This document shows positions 53,456 through 64,000 of a DNA stretch of 64,000 nucleotides, piece after piece. The notes beneath the pieces were generated by a model. That model saw only the letters and a program-made list of their open reading frames with translations. It had not been told where the DNA came from and searched no databases. The translations under genes and the position numbers were made by a program. The stretch's first letter is position 1. Every line of letters starts with the position of its first letter. The stretch is from Mayamaea pseudoterrestris (lineage: Eukaryota). Location of the stretch: NCBI GenBank assembly GCA_027923505.1, contig BROI01000001.1:2418001-2482000 (forward strand), given 5' to 3'.

Positions 53456-53903
53456 TTACACATTTGCTGCCGCGACAACCAACAACGTGGCTGCCGCGTA
53501 ACCAAGTCCAGTCGAAACGGCCCCAGATCCAGCCGTGTATTCGGCAGACGTGACCGAGCTAACAGTTCCGCGCGTCGGATAACCCTTGGAGCCTTTGGTA
53601 CTTTTCGATCCCTTGACGCCTTTGGAACCCTTGGACTTGCTGGAACCGTTCTGAATGGAGCTCCATCCGTACGAGCGTTCTCCCAAAATGCGGTTGAGAC
53701 TTTCCTTGTACTAAGTCGAGACGAGAAGTGAGAAAAACGCGCTCGCCTGGTCATTTCAACGCAGCGCGTGAACATGCGAATCTTACCTCTTCCTCATGGG
53801 CAAACAAGGCTGCGTGCATGTCAATGTTGGCTTGGCGTACATTTGCATGTTGCGCATTGCACAAAGCAAAGCAAGAAGCAACGATGAAAGCGGCAAACTT
53901 CAT
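53456..53903 (-). CDS. Small secreted, probably GPI-anchored silaffin-like (KxxK/RXL) protein, 2 exons, 123 aa
   Basis: Exon 1 is 53903-53787 (signal peptide MKFAAFIVASCFALCNA), intron 53786-53711 (GTAAGA..TTAG), exon 2 is 53710-53456. Contains NRIL, KSKGSKGVKGSKSTKGSK and a hydrophobic C-terminus. Confidence 0.8.
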
Positions 53904-54978
53904 GGTGAAATGAAAGAGATGCTGGAGAGTGACTTCAACGGCGTTGATATTTTATCCTTGTGAGGATTTGTGAGCGATTCAGCCACCATCACCGCACGTG
54001 CACGCAGCGTGGGTGCGAGTTGTAAGCTCCGCTGCGAAATGATTCGACTCACACGCTCACGTAAGTCGTGCCGTGCAGCATTACGTTCATCATTGATCTA
54101 GCAGGGCCAACGTCGCCACGATTCCGCCAGCGTGGGATAGTCATTGCGACGTGGATGCAAAAGGTGCTTCGTATGTGTGATGCAACGCGAGCATTTCGCA
54201 TCGCTCTTGCGCGTCATATGTGCGACCAAGGTTTTGCGCCACTACCGGGGTGTCATGTACTCTAAAAAGCTTCGACAATTCCTATTGGAACAAACACCCA
54301 TCCATGACGCATGTCAGGACATTCGTTTCCCAATTGGCATTGGTACGATTCAGAAGAGATGCGTCGAATACTAAATTGTCGTTCGTATCACCTTGAATAT
54401 CTTGATGGTGCTAAGGACTCGAGGTGCATCAAGCTTGCGTTTGATTACGATACTGTCGAGTAACACTTACTACATTGCGCACCGTCAGAGCAGGTAAGAG
54501 CGCACCCACAACCTTCCTTAAGAAACAAATAATTCTGCAAGGCAAAGCGGCGGCCTGCGGCTACCTGACTCTTTTCCTTGCAGCAGAAGCAAATGCATGG
54601 ACCTCGTTTGTGCAGAATGAATTCACTGATTTATGTGAGACAAAAGTTGAGCCGGGTGATGCTCCTTTCCATGTTGCTTCAATCGTTGCGGTGACTATTG
54701 CAATGCGCTTTGATGGTTTGCTTAACTTGCTGCTGGGAACTGTTTATTGGGTTTTCGCCCTCTTTGGCTCATTGAGCCAGACTGCAACACCTTTGCCGAC
54801 CCTTTACTCATGATGAGACCAAGTTAAGCAACCCGCACCCCCTTGTTCCCGCCGTTTGCAGTCCACCTTTCAAGTAGACACTCACGATGGATTTCTCAAG
54901 TCGAGGGTGCCCCGCTGCTATCTCAGCCAGTCCGCAGCCGCCACAAGCCTAATTAACCTAAAAGAAATGGCATGCTGC

Positions 54979-55102
54979 CGCCTAGAAATTTTATTTGATG
55001 ACGGAGCACGACACGGCAAGAAAGCAGCATCTACACGCACACCGCCGCCACCCTAGAAATTTCAATTGATGACGGAAAGCACGACATGGCAAGAAAGCAG
55101 CC
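54979..55102. repeat. Degenerate ~71-bp direct repeat x2
   Basis: CCTAGAAATTT..TTGATGACGGA..GCACGACAxGGCAAGAAAGCAGC at 54981 and 55052. Confidence 0.75.
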
Positions 55103-55329
55103 ACCGCAGTTCAAGGCATCAATCACTTGGATGGATGTCTGGCTCCTACCACCACGCACATCGTTGGCGGAAGCAGCTGGGGTAGGGTAAAAACGTATGC
55201 TGTACATGACTAGCGCTAATGCTTATATAACTTTTTTGTAGTGTAGAAACTTATTGTTTAACTGGCCTCCAGAAGGTGAGGTATCGACCTCGCTTCAGCG
55301 GCCTTCCCCCTTTCTCGGCTCTGACGCTT

Positions 55330-55865
55330 ATAGTACTTGTGTTTTATGTCTATCCTAAAAAGTATCTGATCCCACCATCGTTGCAGGCGGGATGAGCCAG
55401 GCGCTCGCCTGGTGTTGGTGCAGAGATCAAATATAGGCCTGGTAGCGATGTAATCAACGGCGTGGTTGCGGCGACTTTGGATTAACTCCTCCATCGGCAA
55501 CACGCCAGCGATTTCCAATGCACAGTCAATGGGAGGGTAATACCACCGCTGCTCCCCCTGGGGGAGTGTGCGGCATTGGGGCAAGAGGCCTGAAAGCCGT
55601 CGAGCGATCCGATGATGGAATCCTTCCAATGTCCGGAGCATGGAGGAACTGAGGTTCCACGATTCACTACCGTATAACAGGACCGATTGGACCACGGCCT
55701 TGTAAAACATTCCCGAAATAAGGGGGCTGGCTCCCTCCCGTGTGAGAAGGCGGGAGATCATGGCCCAGCGCTTGCGCGCCTTCATGACATTCCTGTGCAC
55801 TGCCGGCCAGTCACTGTCGAAACAGTTCAATGGGCGGCCCAAGTACACAAATGTCGGAACCGAAT
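55330..55865 (-). mobile_element. 5'-truncated non-LTR retrotransposon (LINE) 3' fragment
   Basis: TFVYLGRPL..KARKRWAMISRLL..FYKAVVQSVLLYGSESW..LEGFHHRIARRL matches the RT thumb and C-terminus of RTE-like LINEs. Confidence 0.8.
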
Positions 55866-57519
55866 CAAGATGTGAAGACGACTTCACAGCCGCGGTGGGC
55901 ATCCTCGGCTGCGTGCCAGTTTGGTGGCCGGTGTTCAGAGCGAATTATGGCACAAACATGTCGCAGAGTTCACAACGCGGTAGCGCAGTGGAGCCAATGC
56001 TTTATATTACTAGTGTCGGACTAAGATTAAAGGAACCACTGTCGGGGATCGTTACCCCAGCGAAAAATCAAACGACAACCTCAACATTTGAGAGCCAATC
56101 TCGAACAAAATATCGACCACCACTAGACTTTCAATCATCAACCAATTCTACGCCATTTCTACTGGTTTCATCACATTCAAACATCAACCCATTTAAAACA
56201 ACACTATCGGCATAATCTCGTCTTCTCAAATTGGCAAGCAGTACTGCTGATAATATTTATCTTTCATGCTCTTTCACTCTGGCATTCGCAGGTTATACCT
56301 TTGTGTAACCGTCGTGCGCGGGCCTGCGGCATCGATTCAATACTGTTTTCGTCCCTTTTTTTGAGCATTATTCCTAATTTTTGAAAACTTTGCCTCTACC
56401 CACCGACGGAGCAGTATCAAATTATATTGACCTGGCTAAAATCTTAGAAGCATCTTGCGAAAAAAGTTCGAAATCATCACAATACAGCATACTGAAGATT
56501 TGTTTGAAATTGGCTTCCAAAGGACAGGGGTTATCGCTGGATACCAATCCTCGACAATGGTACCTACCTTCCTAGGCTATAACACAAACGCGTTATCTAA
56601 TTATAACTTAAACAATGCATTCAAAAGTAGTGTCACCATTGATGCTTTGTTAAAACAATTAATTGTCAAATTTGCTGTTAGATAAATCTTGATTTTCTTT
56701 TTTTAAACCAAACTTAATGATTGAGTCAATTGATAATTTGACTCAATTGATAACTGATTTTCACATAGTTTAATAATGCTCACATGAAGTGGTGTCTCTC
56801 ATTACTTTTTGAAATAATGGTTATTTGTTGTTAAAAATATGTTGTTAAAAATATGGATAGACGGCAGGGAGCAGACAATGGACAAGCGGCAAGCGAATCG
56901 GCGACTAGCATTATGGTCTTGCAACGGCGTCGTTGGCGGTGCGGTCCCGTGAAGACGAGGCAGGCTCGCTTACAGTCGGTGGCGCGTTGGGCGTATCGTC
57001 GGGCGTAGGGATGGCGATGGCGCAGTGGTTGGTGGCGGAACGAGCAAGTGATGCTGGTTGTTGCGCTTGTCGAAGCAGGGGGGCAGATGTCGATCGGTGA
57101 CACAATTAAAGGCGCTTGCCAGAGAACGGATGGACGAGTCAGTCGACACCCTTAGTTATGGCGCAAACCAGCCGGCGGGGAGACAGGTAAGTCTTCCACC
57201 CTCAGAAATGGGGCAGGGTCGGCAGCAGGAAGCTGGTAGCGCTTGGACGCGATTGTCAGAGGTCGGCGCGAAGAGAGACGGCAAGTTTTTGAAGGCGTTA
57301 GCAGTCTTAAGAACTTCCGATGCGGCGTGGATGCGGGAGTCAAGCGAAGAAAGAAGCAGGGACACAGACGATGGAGGAAACCAAGCAACTTGATGGCATG
57401 TCCGCTCGATGTTCGTCTTCCAAATCTAGACGCGATAGTCGCGATATGTCAGTGCTGGTCAAGATATCAGCTATCAAGCTTTCGAGGCTCTAAGGAGCCG
57501 TGGTCATCGGCAAACCTGT

Positions 57520-58285
57520 TAGCTGGTTGCCCATTGGTATGAAAGAGCCAGTTGCAGACCGAAATCTCTCTCTCCATCCACCCTTGAGGCTGAGTACAGT
57601 GCTTTATTCTACTCGCTCACGACTCTCCTTCCTTTAAAGCGCATCCTTGGAAAATTTGTTGAGACCTCCATTGATGCCCGCGTTTTCGAGGACATATAAG
57701 GTTGCTATTACCTTGCTACATATCAGAAACATAGCCAATCGCACCAAGTATTTCCTGGTTAAGTATCACTGGTTTTGGTCGCACCACAATCGAGGAGAGT
57801 TTGAGTTCTTCAAGGTTGATACCAAGGATCAAGATGTCGACTACATCACTAAAGGGTTGCAGCGCGAGTCCTTCGAACGGAACCGCCTTTCAGTCCAAGG
57901 TTGGTAGACCATGAATGTCTGCAACCAGCTGTTATAGAAAGAAGTCGCCCCTATTGTCGTCTATATGTTTAAATTGATTCCCCGTCCAGTTTCGCGAGGG
58001 AGAGTTAAAGGTCGTTGCGGTTTTCAGTGCGACACCTTTCAGCCACTCGTCTCGTTCCACATTATCAAGCCATCGCCATGGGAATCTTCCCTATTTACTT
58101 GAACTTGCAGCGTCAGGCCTTTATTTAAATGCAAGTTGAATGTACCTTGAGGTGAATCTGAGCTGGAGCATACGAGGGTGGCCTTTCTTTGCTCGTTTAG
58201 ATTGCAATCGTTTGCTCAGTCTCAGTGTTCTTTCACCGACCCACATCACATCTAATTCACACCTACTCTAGTAAAGCGACTTTCA
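57520..58285 (+). mobile_element. Degenerate Copia remnant: RNase H end, PPT and probable 3' LTR (about 58005-58285)
   Basis: Disrupted GCPLV*KSQLQTEISLS/TLEAEYSAL..RTKYFLVKYHWF..DYITKGL..VQGW*. PPT GAGGGAGAG at 57996-58004, with imperfect inverted termini TTAAAGGTCG / CGACTTTCA. Confidence 0.75.
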
Positions 58286-58399
58286 CCCAACTACTGTCTT
58301 GTACCTTAGAGTGGGTGAGCAAGGACGCGGATGCCGATTGGAGCAAGGGGCGTGCGATTGAGGTCGAAGAGACCTTGAACGAGCGTTGAGTGAGACATC

Positions 58400-58910
58400 A
58401 ACTCTGGCTTCTATAACGAATTTGCTCTGCAGGTCGAGTGGGGGACTGCGAATCGCCTGCGACCAGGATGGCTCGATAACAGCAAGCAATACAGCAATAC
58501 CCGTCAACCTTTAATGCGCTTATACTTGTTAATATTGTTGGCGCTGGCTTCTAAACGAGTATTCTGCAGCATTCAGACTGCCCCATTGGCAAAGGTGCAA
58601 ACGAATCGCCTGCGACCAGGATGGCTCAACAATCAATACCCGTTCCAACCTTAATATACAAGCGGCAATGGTTCCTGGCGCTCATAGTGTTCATATGGCT
58701 TGTAAAACGAATTCGCTGCACCCATTGGCAATTGCAAACGAATCGCCTGCGACCAGGATGGCTCAATAACAGCATTCAATATCCGTTCCAACCTTTAATA
58801 TACAAGCGCAATCATTCAATATCCGTTCCAACCTACAAGTGCAATGGTTCCTGGCGCTTATAGTGGTTATATGGTTGGCGCTGGCTTTAGAAACGAATAT
58901 TCTGCTCTTC
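58400..58910. repeat. Degenerate tandem repeat (about 140-150-bp period, 3+ units)
   Basis: GAATCGCCTGCGACCAGGATGGCTC at about 58450, 58603 and 58740, with shared GGCGCTGGCTT and CAATAxCCGTTCCAACCT motifs. Confidence 0.75.
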
Positions 58911-59104
58911 ATAAAAGCACGAGTTCATCGGATGAAAATCGTTTGTTGCATTGACAGTGAGGGGGAGGCAAATTCAGCCTTGAAGCAGTATCATGCAGAT
59001 GGGCATATCCTACCCGACCGGAGTATCGTTGTGTGCTGGGTGCTGGCTTTCGTATCGTTTGCGCTAGCTTTGGCTTTATCATCAGAGCTCAGAGCGTCGT
59101 TATA

Positions 59105-60651
59105 AGATGGTATCGTGGAGGCAGAAAGATCAACAAGCTTTCGAAAGGATCAAGGAAGCGTTGACGGCAGGCGTAATGCTTTCATTACCCGAATTCAGCA
59201 AGCCAATCGACGTGCATGGAGGAAGACCAATTGCATTCTTCAGTCGCATGCTATCATCGGCGCAAAAGACGTATACAATAGGCGAACGAGAGATGCTCGG
59301 TATTGTGGAAGCGCTCAAGGAAATCAGAAACGTTTTGCTTGGACAAGAGGTACGCATTTACACGGATCATTTAAACAACATCAATCCAACGACGTGGCAT
59401 CAATCGAATCGCATTCAAAGATGAAGATGATTACTGGAAGAATATGGACCAACGTTCTATATATCAAAGGAGAAGATAACAACATTGTAGACGCATTGAG
59501 TCCTTTACCCATTGAAACAGAGAAGGCTTAAACGGACGCCTCAAACGAAACATCCTTCACCATCGTGGACACAACAAGCTCCCACGCTCGTGCTTTACAG
59601 ATTGCAATGCACTTGCATCATTACCAAGAAGCAATTAGGTATATATGGACGCAAGCTTACCGTTCGTCGAGGACTCTCTAACAATTAACATCCAGTCGAG
59701 TCGAAAGGATCCGACGGCCTCGGCAAGAGATGCGACGCCAAAGCTTAAGCGCAAGACGCGGAGCTACAGCAAGAGCTTGCACAATGACCAGAAAGCTTCA
59801 CAATCTGCGGATCGACTGACAGAACTCGTATCATTCAATGGCAAGATCAACGTGCCACTGCCTTTGCGAGAACCAATCCTTAAAAGGTATCACGAATCAC
59901 TTTGTCACCTGGTATTAGCCGCTTGGAAGCGACGATACGACGGCACTGAGTCCGGCCATGGCCAACCATGCGGCAGTCTGTTGAGTCGTCTGTACGCAAT
60001 TATCACGTTTGCTAGCTCTATAAGGCGACAAGGCGACATTACGGCGAGATTCCACCAAGGGAAACAGAGTATCATCCACGGCACACCGTGTGTGTCGGCA
60101 GCTACGGTCCTTTCACCGTCACAAATAGCAACAATTAGAAAGAGTACACGCTTAACGCGATTACGATGGCAGATTCAAGTACAGGATGGTTTGAAATCGC
60201 GGCCGTGAAGGATAAAGGAGCAGCGATGGCATCCGGAACGTTCGATCACGAATGGCTATGCAGATACCCACGACCAGTGCAATGTATCCATGATAATGGT
60301 CCAGAATTTTATTGAGAAGAATTTAAGGAAATGCTCGACAGTTATGGCATTCAAAACAGGCCGACGAAAATTCAAAATCAACAAGCAAACTTCGTCGAAC
60401 GGATCCATCAAACACTCGGCAACATGCTTCGATTCGATCAAGAGGATCGTTCGACGCCTATATTAGCCAAGTGTGCTTGGGCAATTCGAACGACAGCGCA
60501 TACGGTATCAGGAGCGACACCAAAAGAGCTCATCTCAATGTTATTCGAATTGGAACGAAAGCAAAGCGCATCAAATGTCAACAATCAACGCGAAAACGCC
60601 AAGCGGTCACGATTTGAATATAAAGCAGGGCGACACGGTCTAACTACGTAG
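59105..60651 (+). mobile_element. Degenerate Ty3/Gypsy pol remnant (RNase H, then integrase)
   Basis: RPIAFFSRMLSSAQKTYTIGEREMLGIVEAL..IYTDHLN, then YHESLCH, IHDNGPEF and QANFVERIHQTLGNMLR. RNase H precedes integrase; stops and frameshifts are present. Confidence 0.85.
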
Positions 60652-60813
60652 AAAGAGGCTGCATTATGACAATTTACAATTCAATTTATACAAGCGCATC
60701 AATCCTGGATGGTGTTGTGGTGTTGTTCATCGCTGCTGTTTTGTTGCTGGAGTATGTTCGCGGTTGAGCGCATCCATAATCAAGCAACTAGTAGAAAGTA
60801 CCAGCCACAAGCA

Positions 60814-62276
60814 TCACGACTTACTTTTTGGCTTGACCTCCTCTTCGTTGACCGGATGAATAAAAATGTCATTGCCCTGCTGAGCATGGCTGCTGCCCTT
60901 ACTCCAGTCGTAGCAGCTTGCAAAGGCAAACAAGTCACCCTGAGTGCTGAACGCCGCTGCAGTAATAGGACGTTGAAGCGCAGGAAATCCTTTAAGGCGT
61001 TGCTTGTTGTCCTTGTCCCAAGTATTAAACACATTCGCGGGGCGGGGAGGTGGTAGGATCAATGGTTTTTGTTTTGGACGCAGTATGGGGGGAGTATTAA
61101 TCACACCATCAGAGCCACACGTCACAAAGGTTTTGTGTACGGGCTGAGAGGGGGCAATAATTTGAGAAACAATTGCACCATGCTGATGATACTGACGCAT
61201 ACCTTGAACGAGCACCCCTCAACCATACAAATAGACTTACATGGAAAGCGATTGCATTGACGGCGTATGTGTTGGTTTGCTCTCGGTGGCACTTGAAAGC
61301 AAAACTATCCTTGCCGTTTGGTCCAATCTTTTGGAAGTAATGGATTCCCACGCGACCCTCGATACTCCCAATCGCAAAGCCCGACAAGTCCGGAAAGCAA
61401 GTGATGCAACGCGTCTGATACTTGAGAGGACTCTCCTTTTTGTAAATTTCTGTTGGGCCTTTAGACGTATCGTAGGCGATCACATGGCGCCCCGCCGTGG
61501 CAACGACAATTTTATCTTCGCAAACATCCATGGCGTAGACTCGTTCCGGCATTTTGAATTGGCCAACCGGTGTCTGTGACCGACAATCCCAGAATTTAAG
61601 CTGTCATAAAAAAGAACAAGAGAGAGCATCATTTGATTAGTACCATCTGTTAGTGGCATGCGCCTGTCGACATTGCAACGCAAAATGTAATGATTTTATC
61701 CTGCGCTCGCAAAACAGACATTCTTACATACCTGACGATCCCAGCCTCCAGTGACAAGCAAGTTCAAATTCTTGCAAAAGCCAATACACTTGATCGGAGC
61801 GTCATGCACTCCAATCTGCGTAGCGAGTCCTTGCTGTTGGCCAAGCGTGTACATGCGAGCAGCATTGTCAGCGCCGCCACTAAAGACGGTACCTCCATCC
61901 GGGCTGAAGCAAGTGTCCAACACTGGCTTTAAATGAGTGACTTCAAAATGTAGAAAGTGAGGATTGAATAGAATGATTCGCAATTATTGAGTGTCAAGGC
62001 AAGCAGCGAGCACACGAGACGTTATAAAAATGTCTTCTCACCTAGCGCCTTTGCAGTCGCCATTACCTGCGTCTGTCCTGGCGCAATGTTTTGCGTCTGC
62101 ACCTCCCAGACTCGCACGCTGTTATCCCAGCTGGACGAGACCAAAATGTTCGCTGCAGGGCTCCATGAGAGCGAGGATGTCGCGTCCGTGCCAGCGTTCG
62201 CCACGAGGTGGTCGTTGGGTCCAATGCCGCGCGCAGGACTTGCGGCGCTTCCAAAGGCAGTTCCAAATGTAGACAT
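60814..62276 (-). CDS. RAE1: mRNA export factor RAE1/Gle2 (WD40), about 4 exons
   Basis: SSWDNSVRVWE, GVHDAPIK, VTGGWDR, ESPLKYQTRCI, GSIEGRVGIHY, FAFKCHR, WDKDNKQRLK and YDWSKG. GT-AG introns near 62041-61941, 61731-61601 and 61240-61145. Confidence 0.92.
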
Positions 62277-62526
62277 AGAAACTTTTAAGTGAGAGTAAAG
62301 AGTGAAGTGAATATGCTAAAGACGGCGCTGATAGCTTGAGAATGAGAGCAGCAGCGAGCAGCGAGGCGACTGCATTGTGGCGGAGCGGAGGCGTTCGTTT
62401 CCACGGAGCGAAAACGTCTTCAAAACCGCTCCGACGCGTGGAGCTTGGAATTTCGACGCGATCCCATGCATCACGAATGTCAGTACTCTATCAAGCACAC
62501 GTAGTTGACATCGAGACAAGTGCAGG

Positions 62527-63291
62527 ATGGATAAGAAAGGCGATGAACCATCGAAAGACAGAAAGGATGCAGTCAGAGAGGCGCGAAAGTTGTTCCCGGC
62601 ACTGTTCTTTGGCTGGGACGACGGCAAACGAGATGACAAGGAACATGGTCAACCATCATCAGCTTCCAAGAGCACCGACGCGGAAGCGAAAAGTAGCGTT
62701 TCCTCGACGGAAAGGAGAAACAAAACATTACAGAACAAGGAAAGTAAGCTGTCTGCAGAGGAAACGCATCAGAATCAACCAATGGCAGCCGCTGAGAAAG
62801 CCTCAGAGCTCATTGCCAGTCTGATAACGAAGAAGAATGGAAAAGAACTTCGCGAATCGTGGTTCTTTACAGAAACTTACAAGCAAGCTCTTTGGCAGCG
62901 AGATGCATACTTTATTGGGCCAGAGTATGCGAATTGGAGCAGACGTAGACGACAACGAGAGCAGAGCAGCGACACTAGATCCGTCAAGGCGTACCTCACG
63001 CTCATGCCGTATGACGATTCACTCGCCAGCCAGCAACTCGCCAAAATTGCAGCCGACTTTATCCCTACGGAAACTGTCAAGCAGGCGTTGCTTCCAATTG
63101 TTCTGGCTTTGCCCAAAGGTGCCTTGTATGGAACGACACAGACGGCTCTGGTCGATATCATTCGCTCGCAGCAAAGTACGCTTGATCAAGTGGTCAAAAA
63201 TTCTCTGATATACTTTCTTGATGATCCAACAAACAGGCAGAATATCAAGAATACGACAAAGGGATTCATCTCCCAATTTGACAAGGATTGA
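62527..63291 (+). CDS. Uncharacterised protein
   Basis: 254-aa ATG-initiated ORF divergent from RAE1; no recognised domain. Confidence 0.55.
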   Translation: MDKKGDEPSKDRKDAVREARKLFPALFFGWDDGKRDDKEHGQPSSASKSTDAEAKSSVSSTERRNKTLQNKESKLSAEETHQNQPMAAAEKASELIASLITKKNGKELRESWFFTETYKQALWQRDAYFIGPEYANWSRRRRQREQSSDTRSVKAYLTLMPYDDSLASQQLAKIAADFIPTETVKQALLPIVLALPKGALYGTTQTALVDIIRSQQSTLDQVVKNSLIYFLDDPTNRQNIKNTTKGFISQFDKD

Positions 63292-63595
63292 TGCGATTGT
63301 AATGTGTCGGTGCTCTCCGATGAGGCTGCAACATGCAGTTCCTCATTGCTCTCGTCTGCGGGGTCACCAAGAAGGGTGTACTCTGGAGCTTGGGTATGAA
63401 GCCATTTGGCCCGGCAGGCCGAGGTACCTTACAACATACTACCGGAAGTACGGATATATGTTAAGCTACCACATTTATTTAGAATTTTGTTCGTTGTTCT
63501 ATAAGGCGAGAATCGATCGTCCATATGACATCCGTAAACGGTGAACAAAGGTGGCATAGAGTCATCTGGAATTGTAACGAGACGCAAGTATACAG

Positions 63596-64000
63596 CTAAG
63601 CAAAGTAATCCAGGCTTCCCTTCTTCTTGGCCGAAACAACAGTAATGGCTTCGACAAAGTCTTCGTGCATGATTTCTGTCATTTCGCGTCGCAGTGCCAA
63701 CATTCCAGCTTCAACGCAAACGGCTTTAAGTTGTGCACCGTTGAAGTCTTCGCAACCCCGCGATAACTCTTCAAATACAACCTCAGAGCTTACATGCATC
63801 TTGCGCGAGTGAATTCTAAGAATTTTGGTGCGTGCATCTTCGTTGGGATGCGGCAGTTCAATCTTTCGGTCCAATCGTCCAGATCGCAGCAGAGCTGGAT
63901 CCAAAACATCAGGTCGATTCGTCGCGGCAATAACCTTAATCATTTCGTTACTGGAAAAGCCGTCCAATTGACTCAGCAGTTCAAGCATTGTACGCTGGAC
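63596..64000 (-). CDS. RPT5: 26S proteasome regulatory ATPase RPT5/PSMC3, 3' part
   Basis: [55 protein letters not shown] and a C-terminal KKGSLDYFA tail. The 5' part lies outside the window. Confidence 0.92.
   Translation of the reverse strand, partial: VQRTMLELLSQLDGFSSNEMIKVIAATNRPDVLDPALLRSGRLDRKIELPHPNEDARTKILRIHSRKMHVSSEVVFEELSRGCEDFNGAQLKAVCVEAGMLALRREMTEIMHEDFVEAITVVSAKKKGSLDYFA

Noticed and set aside
54475..54813. 112-aa hydrophobic ORF
   Set aside because: Non-ATG start, no family motif, and adjacent to decayed repeats.
58440..58770. Three 25-bp repeats with long spacers as a CRISPR or regulatory array
   Set aside because: The intervening sequences are themselves homologous, so this is a degenerate tandem repeat.

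Overview
Gene-dense eukaryotic DNA, very probably from a diatom. The evidence is short 75-135 nt GT-AG introns, bipartite signal+ASAFAP plastid presequences on GyrA and SLC4, CoDi-like Copia elements and a silaffin-like KxxK protein. The window holds about 20 host genes: an R3H protein, a hybrid histidine kinase, RPC9-like, UFL1-like, plastid GyrA, a METTL21-type methyltransferase, a TPX2-like protein, an ALKBH1 fragment, SLC4, a double-AAA ATPase, a bromodomain protein, DsbA/FrnE-like, a sulfotransferase, an LRR protein, RAE1 and RPT5. Structural features are a 4,842-bp tandem segmental duplication (12.9-22.6 kb), nested 169/174-bp satellite arrays, a truncated CoDi-like Copia with an internal 2,413-bp duplication, a two-LTR Copia without target-site duplication next to half an ALKBH1 gene, and a 54.9-60.7 kb field of LINE, Copia and Gypsy remnants. 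The best leads are invisible or mis-called in the ORF track: (1) a NELF-B/COBRA1-like domain fused to a bromodomain (43.5-46.3 kb); (2) an ethylene-receptor-type histidine kinase whose ETR1-D25 equivalent is supplied by an 11-codon first exon; (3) a DsbA/FrnE-like selenoprotein with UGA at the catalytic position (U-P-N-G) and a SECIS-like hairpin; (4) a small spliced, secreted, probably GPI-anchored protein with an RXL site and a pentalysine cluster. All family calls come from motif recognition by eye; no database searches were run.
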